Source of the DNA: Amoebidium appalachense
Taxonomy: Eukaryota > Protista > Ichthyosporea
Length of the DNA: 64,000 nucleotides
Direction of reading: 5' to 3'
NCBI GenBank assembly: GCA_963693365.1
Contig: CAVNZM010000003.1
Location: 8,899,808 to 8,963,807, forward strand
The notes under the pieces were generated by a model. The model searched no databases. It saw only the letters and a list, made by a program, of their open reading frames with translations, and had not been told where the DNA came from. Position numbers and translations under genes: made by a program. Below, piece by piece: positions 13,891 to 25,937 of the stretch; positions within the stretch are counted from its first letter, which is position 1, and each line of letters begins with the position of its first letter.

Positions 13891-14040
13891 ACGCACACGC
13901 ACACGCACACACACACACACACACGTGTGTGTGTACACATACCCGTTCCTCGTTCAATATTTATCATAACATCTCTCCCCCCTCTCTACCCACACCTTCC
14001 ATCGCACACCACATACGATCTTGCGAGCAGCCACAAACAG

Positions 14041-14097
<57 letters not shown>

Positions 14098-14322
14098 GCT
14101 ACAACACATACAGCTATCGACAGAGGGAGAAGTTGGAGGCCCCTAGGTTATGGCCGGTCGGTGTGAGGTGATTGCTTGCAAGCAATTAGACCCCCCCCTC
14201 CCCCCCTCCCCCAATACCCTCGCACACACACGTGCACATCTCACACACGGACACGCGCATACAAAATCTGTTCTACCTTTCCACCTTTGTACCTTTCTAT
14301 CCTTTACGTGCCCTATGATGGA

Positions 14323-14356
<34 letters not shown>

Positions 14357-14750
14357 CCATCTGTTTCAATATTTATCATTTCTTCTTTCCTTTCTTCCCC
14401 CTCCCTCCTCCCAAAGGCATAAACACTGTGTGCGTACATGCACACGACATACTGCCCCATCTCCTCTTGTGCCTTTTCCCTACTTGCTCCCTTGCTACTT
14501 TCCTACCTATCTACAACTCTACCTTTATACCTTTGTATCTTTGTACCTTTACACTTTTATACCTTTACACCTTTGTACGCTTTATACCTTTACACCTTAA
14601 TACCTTTATTTCTTTCCATCCCTTTACGTCTCCTTCCACACACACACACACATACACATACCCAGTCCTCGTTCAATATTTATCATAACTTCTCTCCCCT
14701 CTCTCCATCTACTCCTCTCATCGCACACGACACATGATCTTGCGGGCAGC

Positions 14751-14833
<83 letters not shown>

Positions 14834-15483
14834 TCACTCACTCACTCACACTCACACTCACACTCACACACACAGGTACGACACCTACAGCTATCGACAG
14901 AGGGAGATGTTAAAGGCCCCTAGGTTATGGCCGGTCGGTGAGTACACCCCCCCCTCCCCCAATCCCTCACACACTCACACGTGCACATCGCACACAAGCA
15001 CACACACACACACAATCTGTTCTACCTTTCCCACCTTTGTACCTTTCTACCCTATACGTCTCCTATGATTCTCACCTCCCCCCCCTCCCCCCCCTCATCT
15101 TCAATATTTATCATTTCTTCTTTGCATTCTGCATCGTGTTATCCGTTTGTTCTTGTGTACTTCGTACTTTTTGACGCATTCAAACCCCCCCCTACCCCCC
15201 TCCCACCATTCAAGAGCACAAACACGGTGTGCGCACATGAACGCATGCGACACAACACACCAACACGACATTCAGCCCCGTATCATCTTGTGCCATTTTC
15301 CTGATCCCTTGCTACTTTCTACCTTTCTACAACTCTACCTTATACCTTTACACCTTTATACCTTTGTACCTCTATACCTTTGTACCTTTGTACCTTTATA
15401 CCTTTACACCTTTATACCTTTGCACCTTTCTATCCTTAACTTCTCCTCCCATGCCCCCCCCCCCCCCCCCCCCCCCCTCCCCC

Positions 15484-15561
<78 letters not shown>

Positions 15562-15650
15562 ACTACGACGCATACAGCTATCGACAGAGGGAGAAGTTGG
15601 AGGCCCCTAGGTTATGGCCGGTCGGTGAGGTGATTGCTTGCAAGTGATTA
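7300..15650 (+). repeat. Complex tandem segmental repeat with ten copies of a 69-nt exon-like core
   Basis: Core starts at 7907, 8881, 9807, 10462, 11056, ~12046, ~12838, ~14097, ~14876 and 15561. Shared flanking blocks, (CA)n, poly-C and (tacctt)-type microrepeats. Confidence 0.9.
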
Positions 15651-15655
15651 CCGAC

Positions 15656-15690
<35 letters not shown>

Positions 15691-15699
15691 CCGAGTATT

Positions 15700-16560
15700 A
15701 CTGAGAGTCTTGCCTGATATAGAATTCGTCGTCACAGTTTCCAAGACTGGGGGCGCGACCGTCACATGGTCACAGGGCAAGCCGCTGTGGGTAGCGGAAC
15801 ACAAGAAGGAGGACATTCCGGATCGGCTGCTGCGCTCAAGGCCTGCTGCACCACCCAGTCTGTAGTACTGATGCAGTTGGGCTTGCATGTTCTGCATGCT
15901 TGTTGTTCAGATGGTTTGTGTCCTCTCCTCTCAAGGCTATCTCGTGCATGGTTTCTCTTTGGGTTTTCTCTTGTCCGTCATCCCCGAGAGAAGGGGGGGG
16001 GGGGGAGGGGAGGCACAGGTCCAACAGTACACTTGGCCACCTGTGTGCACTACGCTGTGACTACTAGAACCGATTGATCTGGGTTTGTCAGTCGGATTCA
16101 AGGGGATAACACAGTTGGGTTGGATAGGATAGCTTTGCTTAAACGTTCGTCACATGGGATTGTAGACATGTTTCTTGATGTTATGGTGATACCGGTATAC
16201 GCGGTTCCCCATACCTTCTCCTATATTCCTGCATAACACACGACCAGAGCACCTTTGTATACGTAAGCACACAAAACAACCGTTTACGTAAATAGAGTAA
16301 AGTTTAATAACAAGAAACATTGGATTGTAGACATGATAGGACATGGTCCTGATAATAAAGACCTACCACTAAGGCTGCAAGCACGAGAGTGTCCATCCGT
16401 GTCAGTGCCTTGAGGCAAACGAGTTGACCACCACGGGATTGTGTGTGTATTTGACAATTTGTGTTACTAGCCACTCTTTCTTTGTGCATGTGAACACCCG
16501 TCATGCGTACACATCCAAAAGGACGCAGGCACATGCACTTCCACGAATCCAGCTGTGTGT
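15700..16560 (-). pseudogene. Decayed MULE/Mutator transposase core and SWIM-like fragment
   Basis: CLRPFGCV..GVHMH...GGQLVCLKAL..DTLVLAALVV resembles the MULE DDE core. FLCSATHSGLPCDH resembles a SWIM GxPCxH motif. Stops and frameshifts present. Confidence 0.5.
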
Positions 16561-16646
16561 TCTATTTCTTGTTGTTTAGCTTCTGAATCGAGAGGCACAG
16601 ACGTACGGTCGATCCCCACATGAGTGTACTATCCTTAGCACCCCCC

Positions 16647-16688
<42 letters not shown>

Positions 16689-17628
16689 AAAAAGAAAAGA
16701 AAAGAAAAAAGAATATATATTAATAAAACTAAATACAAGTAATAAAAACACACAAACAACCAAACCCCCCCCCCCTCCCCCAAAATTTTTTTTTTTAAAT
16801 TAATAAAAATTAAATATAATATAAAAAACACGCACAAACGCACCCCGGCCGCATTGAACTAACCTATGTGATGTCTGGCATCTTTTCACACGTGTATGAA
16901 CCCTTAATCGCCTGGCCTTAAGTGCAAGCAGTGCATTAATTGCGGGCCTCATATATGGCGAAGCATATATGGCCTCATGCAGCGGCAGCCCCCGCCCCCC
17001 CTCCCCCCCCTCCACATATATACACACACACTATAGTGCACCCCTACCCCACCCCACCTATGCACCCCTGAGCCCGCCCCAACCCCCGCCATTGTCCCCC
17101 GTAGGCCTTCCCTTTCTCCCTTTAAAAAGAACGTCTGGCATATTATAGTAAATAACTTCATGCACCCAACACAATAATACAATCAATAGCTTCCAAAAAC
17201 ACCACGAACGTAGGGCCCACTCCCATATCAGTGTACTGATACCAGGTTGTGTGTGCACATACACAGCTCAAAGTCCACATGTGGCACGAGCTCGAGCTGG
17301 ATTATCATGTTTGTCATGAGTCTCCGCAGTGCATTCACATATGTAATGTGTGTGACGTGCACGCATGTTTGTGTATGCATGTGTTTAAGCCGTGGTGTGT
17401 GCCTTTCATTTGTGGGCCCGGTGGGCGGGGGGGGGAGGGGGGGGGGGCAAGCCAGTACAACGTGGCAAACGTGAACCCCCGGCCCATCCCCCTCCTGGCC
17501 CATCCTCCCTCCCTTTCCCAACGTGCACCAGCATCCCCCCCCCCCCCCCCCCCCCCACCTCCCTCTCCCGCTCCTTCGATTTATATCTATGTGACTCCTC
17601 AGAAAGTTTCTTGATAAATATGCATCAT

Positions 17629-17855
17629 CAAAATATAGTACACAAATATCTCGTTGGAGTCTCTTATTCGTGGTTGCTGACTCTATGTGCACGGGAGGTT
17701 GCAGAACGGGCTAAACGGGGGCGGGAGGGGGGGATGGAGGGGGGGGAGGGGGGGGGGGGGGGGGGGGGCTGTGAGTGTATGTCGGAGGGGGGCTGTGGAA
17801 GAGGATATCGAGATTGGTGATGAGTACCCACGACATACTTGTGTACTATATTTTG
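17629..17855. repeat. Imperfect ~29-bp inverted repeat (MITE-like, ~227 bp)
   Basis: CAAAATATAGTACACAA at 17629 and its reverse complement ending at 17855. Confidence 0.55.
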
Positions 17856-17955
17856 TGTCATGCCCATATCTGGTATGTGTGCCGGTGTGCTCGTGCCACA
17901 GTGTGCATGTGTGGATATCGATGCACTGATTATGTGGGTGTGGGTGGGTGCAATG

Positions 17956-18011
<56 letters not shown>

Positions 18012-18559
18012 TTTATATTATATGTCATTAGCAATCTTTGTGTTTTAATTACTATGGCATGTGGGCACAACGGATTTGCCACGAATCGTGGCACTGTGTG
18101 TGTGGTGTGTGCGTGACATTTCCCGATGTTTTTTACCGCCCTCCTTTGTGGGGGAGGGGGGAATGGGAGAAGGCATGATATCTAAACTTCACTGGCAGTT
18201 CCCAATCGCATGGGGGTGCAAACGTCGGAATTCTAGGTATTTCATATGCCTTGCGCACTGGGCAATGCATGCCATGTGCTAAGATCTGCAGTTGCAAAAG
18301 AGATTTAAGAGAAGGCTTACAGGGGGCAATGGAGAGTAATATACTAGCATCTTTGAGTTTGGGTAGCCCCACGGCCACCCAATCTTATCCCCCCCCCCCC
18401 CCCCCCCCTCCCCTCTCTCCCCCCTCCCCCCCCCCCCCACACACACATAAACAAATACACACAAACCACAACAACAACCGAGGGATTGCAGGGGAGCATG
18501 TACAGCTGCAGGTTGTTGCATTTGAAGTTACGGGGTATGTGACGGTGGGTATGTGACGG

Positions 18560-19309
18560 TGGAAAATTTAAGTTGCATATTTTATCCCACTTGAAATCAT
18601 CGCGCGCAGGACACTTACAGCCTCAAAGGAGCCACCGTCTCCTTATACACACTAATGTACAATGTACCACTGTAAGAGGTTCCATTATTAGTCGCTAATA
18701 CACCACTAATGGTCTAACATATTCACCGTGTTTTAGGGGGGGGGGGGGGGGGGCATTTCATGGTGCTGTTTCGGAGTGGTAGGGGTAGAAGTGATAGTGC
18801 TGGTGTTATGGGGAAGGGGATTCTTGGGGGGGGGGGGGGGGGGGGGGGGAGGAAGGGGGGGGGGGGAGGGGGGGGAGGGGGGGGGGGGATCAAAGAGGCC
18901 CGTGAGATAGTCCGTACATGAGATGTTACAGTACATGTTACTGAGCCACGTTCTGGTGGAGCCATGGGTATGTGTGTGGAGATTTTATTCCATATTTTAT
19001 GCTTCTAAGCCGTTTGAAATTCACGCGCGCAGGACGCTTTAGCCGCAAAGGAGCCACCGTCTCCCAATACACACCAATGTACAATGTACCAAGAGGTTCC
19101 CTTATTAATCGCTAACACAACACTCATTGTCAAACATCCGTAAAATTTAACCCGGGGCAGCACCCCAGTCTTGTGAGCGGGTCAGGTACGTGATTCGTAC
19201 GTAGGGGAGGAGGGAGCAGAGAGAGACAGGCGTGGCATTTCATGGTGGTGTCACGGGCGGTAGGGCTAGAAGTGATAGTGCTGGTGTTTTTTTGGGGGGG
19301 GGGGGGGAA

Positions 19310-19349
<40 letters not shown>

Positions 19350-19530
19350 GCAGGGGTACCGGTAGCAGCATATCAGGGTGGTGTTATGGGTTGGATGGGG
19401 TGGTGGTGGTGGTGGTGGTGGGGTTGGGATTTGGGGGGGGGGGGGGATCAAAGAGCCCTGTGAGATCGTCCGCTCTGACATAGAGATAGTTATTTTACTC
19501 AGCCACATGATAGTGCCACATGCAGTGGGG
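18560..19530. repeat. Diverged tandem duplication (two ~420-550 bp units)
   Basis: Blocks cgcgcgcaggac...caaaggagccaccgtctcc...aatgtacaatgtacca, gcatttcatggtg...agaagtgatagtgctggtgtt and gatcaaagag...gtgagat each occur twice in the same order. Confidence 0.75.
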
Positions 19531-19676
19531 GAACTATGCTTGTTCATGCAGTGGATATTTGTTTGGTTTCCGTTACATTGGGTAAGATATACAGGGGCAT
19601 TGATCAGTCAGTCGGGCCAAGCGTTACGTGTCACATGCCTGCCACATCAAGAAGAAATCATACTAAACGGATTGCT

Positions 19677-19713
<37 letters not shown>

Positions 19714-19886
19714 ACCCCACACACACACACTGAAAGACACAAAGTAGGGAGACCACACATTATAAGCTGCATATTACAGTATAGTTATGATTAGAACTTT
19801 CATAGAACTTACGATACATCTCGAGGCAAAAAAAGCTCATCATCCAAAGGAAAAACCCCCTATGTACCACCACTCCACCCAGAAAA

Positions 19887-19917
<31 letters not shown>

Positions 19918-20379
19918 TCGGGGGGGGGGGCATCTTTGTTAAACGAATATATTGGGCTGGCTTAAACGTAGTAGCCATTCTTACATATTCTAGAAGAACA
20001 TGCACGCTAAAAGTCTAACCAGGCAGGAAACTCTGTCTACACCACAGCCGCTGGGTCTGACATGCATGTTAGGCTGCAAGCAGGACTATGCGAGGTTTAG
20101 CAAACTTTGCGTTGATGAAATCATTAATTGCCTTACGCGACGCAGGATATGGCCCACAAACGGCCTGAAATCTATCATCGAGTAGAGTAACACAAAAAAA
20201 CAGGTTGCCGTGCACATGCGGGCGGACGATCGTGAAAAGGTAAAATTCCCGTTATGAGCAGGTGGCGCCATTTTTGGTTGCCTCATACCCAGCAGGTCAT
20301 ACCACGCCTGAGCCAGAGATGTCTGCATGCCGCTGGATGTGACGCTGTTCACGTGATTAAACCATGTGCCCAAAGCCAG

Positions 20380-20470
20380 ACGGGTCCCAAGGTGTTGGTA
20401 TGCGGTGCACCATGGTGCCCTGTGGTCCAGGGAAGCGCAGATGCCACATGCAGCGGGCTTCCGCCTTGTA
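20380..20470 (-). pseudogene. CCHC zinc-knuckle coding fragment, probably transposon-derived
   Basis: RRKPAACGICASLDHRAPWC (C-x2-C-x4-H-x4-C) in ORF 20086..20676. Confidence 0.5.
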
Positions 20471-20676
20471 GCCACGACATGGGACCCATAGCTGTCGTTG
20501 TTGCACCGCGAGCTCCCAGGCCTGTGTGGCAGAAGTTTAAGAGCAGCAGGTTTGCTGGAGGCTGTGTGTGCATGCTTGCCACTGAAGGGGAGATTGCAAG
20601 AGGATAGCATTATATGCTTATTATACAAAGCACATGTGATGTGTGCGCGCACTTGTGTTTGTGTGTGTGTGTACAC

Positions 20677-20792
<116 letters not shown>

Positions 20793-20857
20793 TTGTACGT
20801 GCGTGCGTGTGTGTGTGTGTGTGTCTGTGTGTGTGTGTGTGTGGTGTTTGTACGTGC

Positions 20858-20924
<67 letters not shown>

Positions 20925-21065
20925 AAGTTAATAGCATACACATATAAACACATATAATATAATCATGGGGTGGGGGGTCCTGGATGTTGCCATCAAGCCA
21001 GTAAACCCCTACAAATCAATGACCCCCATCACCACACCCCTTACCCGGCACCACCACCACCACCA

Positions 21066-21167
<102 letters not shown>

Positions 21168-21660
21168 CAAACCGCCCCCCCCCCGCCCCCAAAACACAAA
21201 CGGACACACACTCACTCACACACAAACAAAAAGCACAAACGGGTACAGGCCGACCCCAAACAGATGCACTTAGTACTAGACCAGACCAACAGAACGAAGC
21301 TAACGGAGCAGCGGTAGTGCTTCAAACACCTCTCTACACGTACTTCCCCCCCCCCCCCCCCCCCCCCTCCCTTCCATCCCCCCCTTTGCTGTCTGAAAGC
21401 ATTGTTACCTCCGTAGGATCCTTCTTTGCAACACCCCCACCGGCCCCAGGGTCATCTCAACCGCTTACCACCTGCCCGAAACCCACCCACACCACACTAC
21501 AAAAAAACTCACACGAAACAGACAAATAATGGGCCGTGGGGAGGGGAGGGGGGGGTGGGGGGTGGGGGGGGGAGTGAAACTGGCTCCACGCAACAGGGGG
21601 AGTAAGCGGAAGGGGGCCGGGGAGAGAGAGGAGGAGGAAGATACCTCAGTAAGGCGGCTG

Positions 21661-22179
21661 TCAGAGTGTTACACGAGGCGAGTATGCGTAGAGTGGCTTG
21701 GGCATATGTAGGCACACTTGCGTAAAAACCATCGACAAGTGTTGGCCACTCTGACGGAGCTTCGCGCTCAAGGCGATGGTGGACTCAGTGCCCAACCGGC
21801 ACATGCCCTTGTGCTCCAGAGCGCACTTTGTAATTTCCCATTTCCCAGTGCTCTCGCCATTGACCGACGTAGGTTTCGCGATAACTGACCACTTACAACG
21901 GTGATCCTTCTGTACTGATTTTGATCCATATATGCAACCAAACTGAACCATTTCGCGCCCCTCCTTGGTTTCTGTGTGTGGTTTTACGGCAAAAATCATG
22001 CTCGGATTGGTGGGATGTAGAGCATGAGTTTTCACATGTCGCTCAAAACTGGGTAGGTCGTTGAACTCCTGATTGAGGTACAAAACACTCTGGTCTATTG
22101 GGACAGCGTATGTCTGCGGTGCACGTGTAAGAGGTTCTTCGCCAACCTCAGACTCAGAGTCCCACACGGTTTGAAGCAC
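21661..22179 (-). pseudogene. MULE/MuDR transposase N-terminal WRKY/FAR1-type zinc-finger DNA-binding domain
   Basis: LYLNQEFNDL..F...V..HAL...FGC...CKW...A...WEI....EH...C fits the MuDR DNA-binding domain pattern. Confidence 0.7.
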
Positions 22180-23529
22180 GTCTTCCCCTATGTGTAAGGA
22201 CCCGAGTTAGCACATTTGCACAACTATAAAAAAAAACCGTGCACAACCTGCTGCCTTTTTAGACTGACCAAAAGTCGCGTTGGGTGCCATATTGTTGCCA
22301 CTAGTTGGGACGAAACGGTACACTGGTTTCACGAACACCACAAACTCTGCGCGCCACTGCCATGTTGTGTTGGCGCCTGAAATAAGGTGTACCAATCATT
22401 TGCAAGAGTTTGGACTATGTTCATTGGTTGTAGCTCAGGTGTAGGTGTAGGCGGCAGGCTAGGTAAGAACCGGTTCGGTTCAGAAGTGAAACTGTTCAGA
22501 TGACCCGATGATTCTGGGTCGAATCAAAGAAATTCTCCAAGGTTCGGGTCAAAACTCAAAATGATCATCTTCCTTACGTTGCAAAAAACTACGTAAGCTA
22601 TCACCTTTCGTTGATTCGTCATAAGTCATGCATAATCAAAAACGCTGTTTAATGCTTGTGATTGGCTGAGGTGAAGACGTAAGGGCAATGATTGGCCGTC
22701 ACCACACGGAAGAGAGCACTTTTAAAGATTGAGATAAAATGGATTTAAAATGTATATCACGTTTGTAGATCGCCGTGACGCATAGTTTAGTATATAGAAA
22801 AGAGACACCTCTTTGTTTTAAACCCTGTTATAACCTCACAATACTACTGGATGGTGCCATACACCTAGGTGTTCCACTCGATCACTATTTGTAAACTAAT
22901 CTTGACAAGTTTGCGTATAATTGAACCAACCAAAAATTAAATCTATAAAGCAAACTAGATCCAACATGATGGATTGGATGAAAGTGGCTCCCCAATGAAA
23001 ACCCTCCAATATAGAGTACTGATAGTCTTACATCAGATACCCGGGTCCCTTACTTGTGCCATACATGCATCTTACTTGTGCCATACATGCAACTGAGGGT
23101 TCCGTGCTTCAACCACGAGAGCGCGGTAAATGAGAATGATCATCCTCCTCCTTATGTCCTAATCATAATGGAGGGACACCATTGGATGCATACAATAAAA
23201 ATAACAGCTGTGCAGAAATTTACTATGCATAGATAGAAGAAACTTTTTTATCAAAAAAATTACATATTTTTTTCCTGCTCTGTTCTAAAAATCTAACAGA
23301 TCTAGATATGCTTCGAGTTTCCTACTCACAAGTTACAACACGGGCCCGGGACTATCGAGGAAAGAATGTAAAGACAAGCATTTACACACTTCCACTGTCA
23401 AATCAAAAGACAGCTACGCACAATGCAAATATTTACACAAAAAATGTAACGGTTCGTTTACACTGGTTTGTACGCTTGGTCGTGGGGTTCATGTATTGGG
23501 AGGTTGCTAAATGAACTTCAGTTTATTCA

Positions 23530-24504
23530 GATGAGGTCGCATGGAAACCAGGGAGGGTGGGTAGAAACCAGCTGGTTTCCCCCCATCCTCCCGGTTTCCA
23601 TGCGACCTCATCAAATTTCCTAAAAACACATCGCACTAGACTATTGGCGATGTGTCCAAACTGACAAACTGACTGTGTTTGCGCTTTATATACCCGCTCG
23701 ACTGTGTTGAGATTGTCCAATCACAATCGAGAACATGTTAAAAACTGATCCGCAAATCACCACGGCGTGTTTCGGAAGCTAGCATATAAAGGGGCATTAT
23801 TCAGGGCAGCAGTCACCACCAAGATATTAGAACATTACAGGGATATATTGCACCAAGCACCAAATCTGCAGCAATTTCAAACATTACAATGGGACAATTA
23901 CGTAGGAAAGCAACCGGTGCACAGGTGAATTCCAGTGTAGATGAAGTTGTTAAAACTGCCCAATCAAATCGAACCATCACAGTTGACAGTGCAGGAGGTA
24001 CACGTGTACTTGCCCCGGTGACCAATCACACGAATGTTTGCATTCCACAGACAACCAATCAAATCGAGAAAAGAACTACCAATCAAACATCAATGAATGC
24101 AGCACTGCAGGCTGCTACGGATTTTTTCCGGGGTGCCACCGTACATGGAAACATCAATATTTATGTAAATCAGCCTTTTGAAACCCAGCAGGATAATAAG
24201 GAAAATTAAATATACAATACTTCACAAATAATTTTTTTAGTGACTATGTAAACCAGACTGGTTCTGGATTATGCAAATAAATACAGTAGACTAAGCGAGT
24301 TCTCGCGTACAAACCGAGTCATATTTACCTCGGTCAGCTTGCCTCCATCAGAGTTCACAGGCCGAGTCGGGTGGGTTCATGACCTCCGCACCTTCGGTGC
24401 GTCGGTCATGAACCTGACCTCCGCACCTTCGGTGCGTCGGTCATGAACCCACCCGACTCGGCCTGTGAACTCTGATTTCGGCAGCTGACCTCGGTATATG
24501 ACTC
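23530..24504 (+). mobile_element. Decayed Crypton-like tyrosine-recombinase DNA transposon bounded by palindromes
   Basis: 83-bp palindrome at 23530-23612. IIQGSSHHQDIRTLQGY (YR box III-like H...L..Y) is in frame with ORF 23889..24209, which ends FFRGATVHGNINIYVN. Long hairpin at 24316-24504. Confidence 0.45.
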
Positions 24505-25937
24505 TTGATTCACCGGAATGGTTACCGACGGTCCTGCGTGACAGTGTGAGCCAACTCAGCCAAGTCGCATATGGAGGGCACAATCGAATAGAATATGTGT
24601 TAAATTCTATAAGTATTTAGGATGTAAGCAGAGACACAGTGGTGCAGTGTGAAAACACCACAGACACACACAACAACAAAACACGGAACGATCGGAGCAG
24701 TGTACACAACAGACATCAATGTTTAGACACGACTGAACTCAATTTATTTTGATCGCTAATAAATACCTGAAATTCCCTTAAGTTAAATCCATACATGATT
24801 TCCGACCAGTCGGAAATCAGATCTATGTCTAAAATAACCAATCATAATTAACTGATTATTTCCCGGATAGATCCGGAGACGCGGGAACACACACCATAGG
24901 TCACAGCTATAAGAAAGAAAAGAGGTGAAGAGTAACGAGGAAAGAGGTGGTGTTTCTAACCTATCATCGGCTACAAAGACTCAGACATTTTCTGACTAAG
25001 TCCACTGATTGGATATAGTACGGCAACACACAAAACAAAAGTGGTTGACTAAGCTATGAATCATACCTGACAAGCTAAAGTGTAACCTAAGTGTTTTTCT
25101 ACCAATCAAAACATAACGAGTAATATAAATCTACTCAACGTATATTAGTGAGAGAGAAATATAATTAAATGAAAGGAAACAAGAGAAGAAAGAAAGAGAA
25201 AAGAAAAGACGAAGAAAGAGGAAAAAGAAAAGAAAGCAGGACAGAAAACACGAACAGCAAAACACAGTTATAACCGAAGATATTCATGTACACATAACAT
25301 GTACACGTGTCTCCCTCACTGGGTAGACTCGTGTACCTATAATCAGTTGCTGTAAAATATATCTAAACACACGAATATAGCCGACACAACACGATTACAA
25401 GTACTCAAATACACTGGAGATCGATGTCATAATTTACGTACAAGGAGCACATCTTTTTCATTAAGTAAATGAATGAAAACATAACACGAACTGAGAAGAT
25501 CTTACAATATGTAAATACTACGTATTATAACATCCCCACTTAAGACTTTGAAGTTTGTGTTATCATATCCCCACTGAACTAGTGAAATCTCCCCACTTGA
25601 GAACAGAAACGGAAAAAAAAAAAATTAAAGTGTGTACTTTTCCGGGGGGGGGGGGGGGGGGGGAGAAGGGGGGGGGGAGGGGGGGAAGGGGGGGGGGAAG
25701 GGGGGGGGGGAGGGGGGGAAGGAACCGGGGCAAAAACAACGAATATATATAACGTGTATAGGCGGTGTTTGATTAACTGGGTTTTAAACCAGTGAAAGAT
25801 AGAGTAGAGTGATGGTACAGGTCAAACCTTATATATAAACCCTAAGTGGGCATACCCACAAAGGCAATACATATGATATAATGATGTTGATAAAGTAAGT
25901 AGTACACATGAGAAAATCACTCTTGAAGTAGGTCGGG

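Noticed and set aside
18560-19600. Ulp1-like protease remnants (VLAINKGTSWYIV, SPTACG)
   Set aside because: The catalytic His and Asp are not clearly present. Too degenerate to call without an HMM search.
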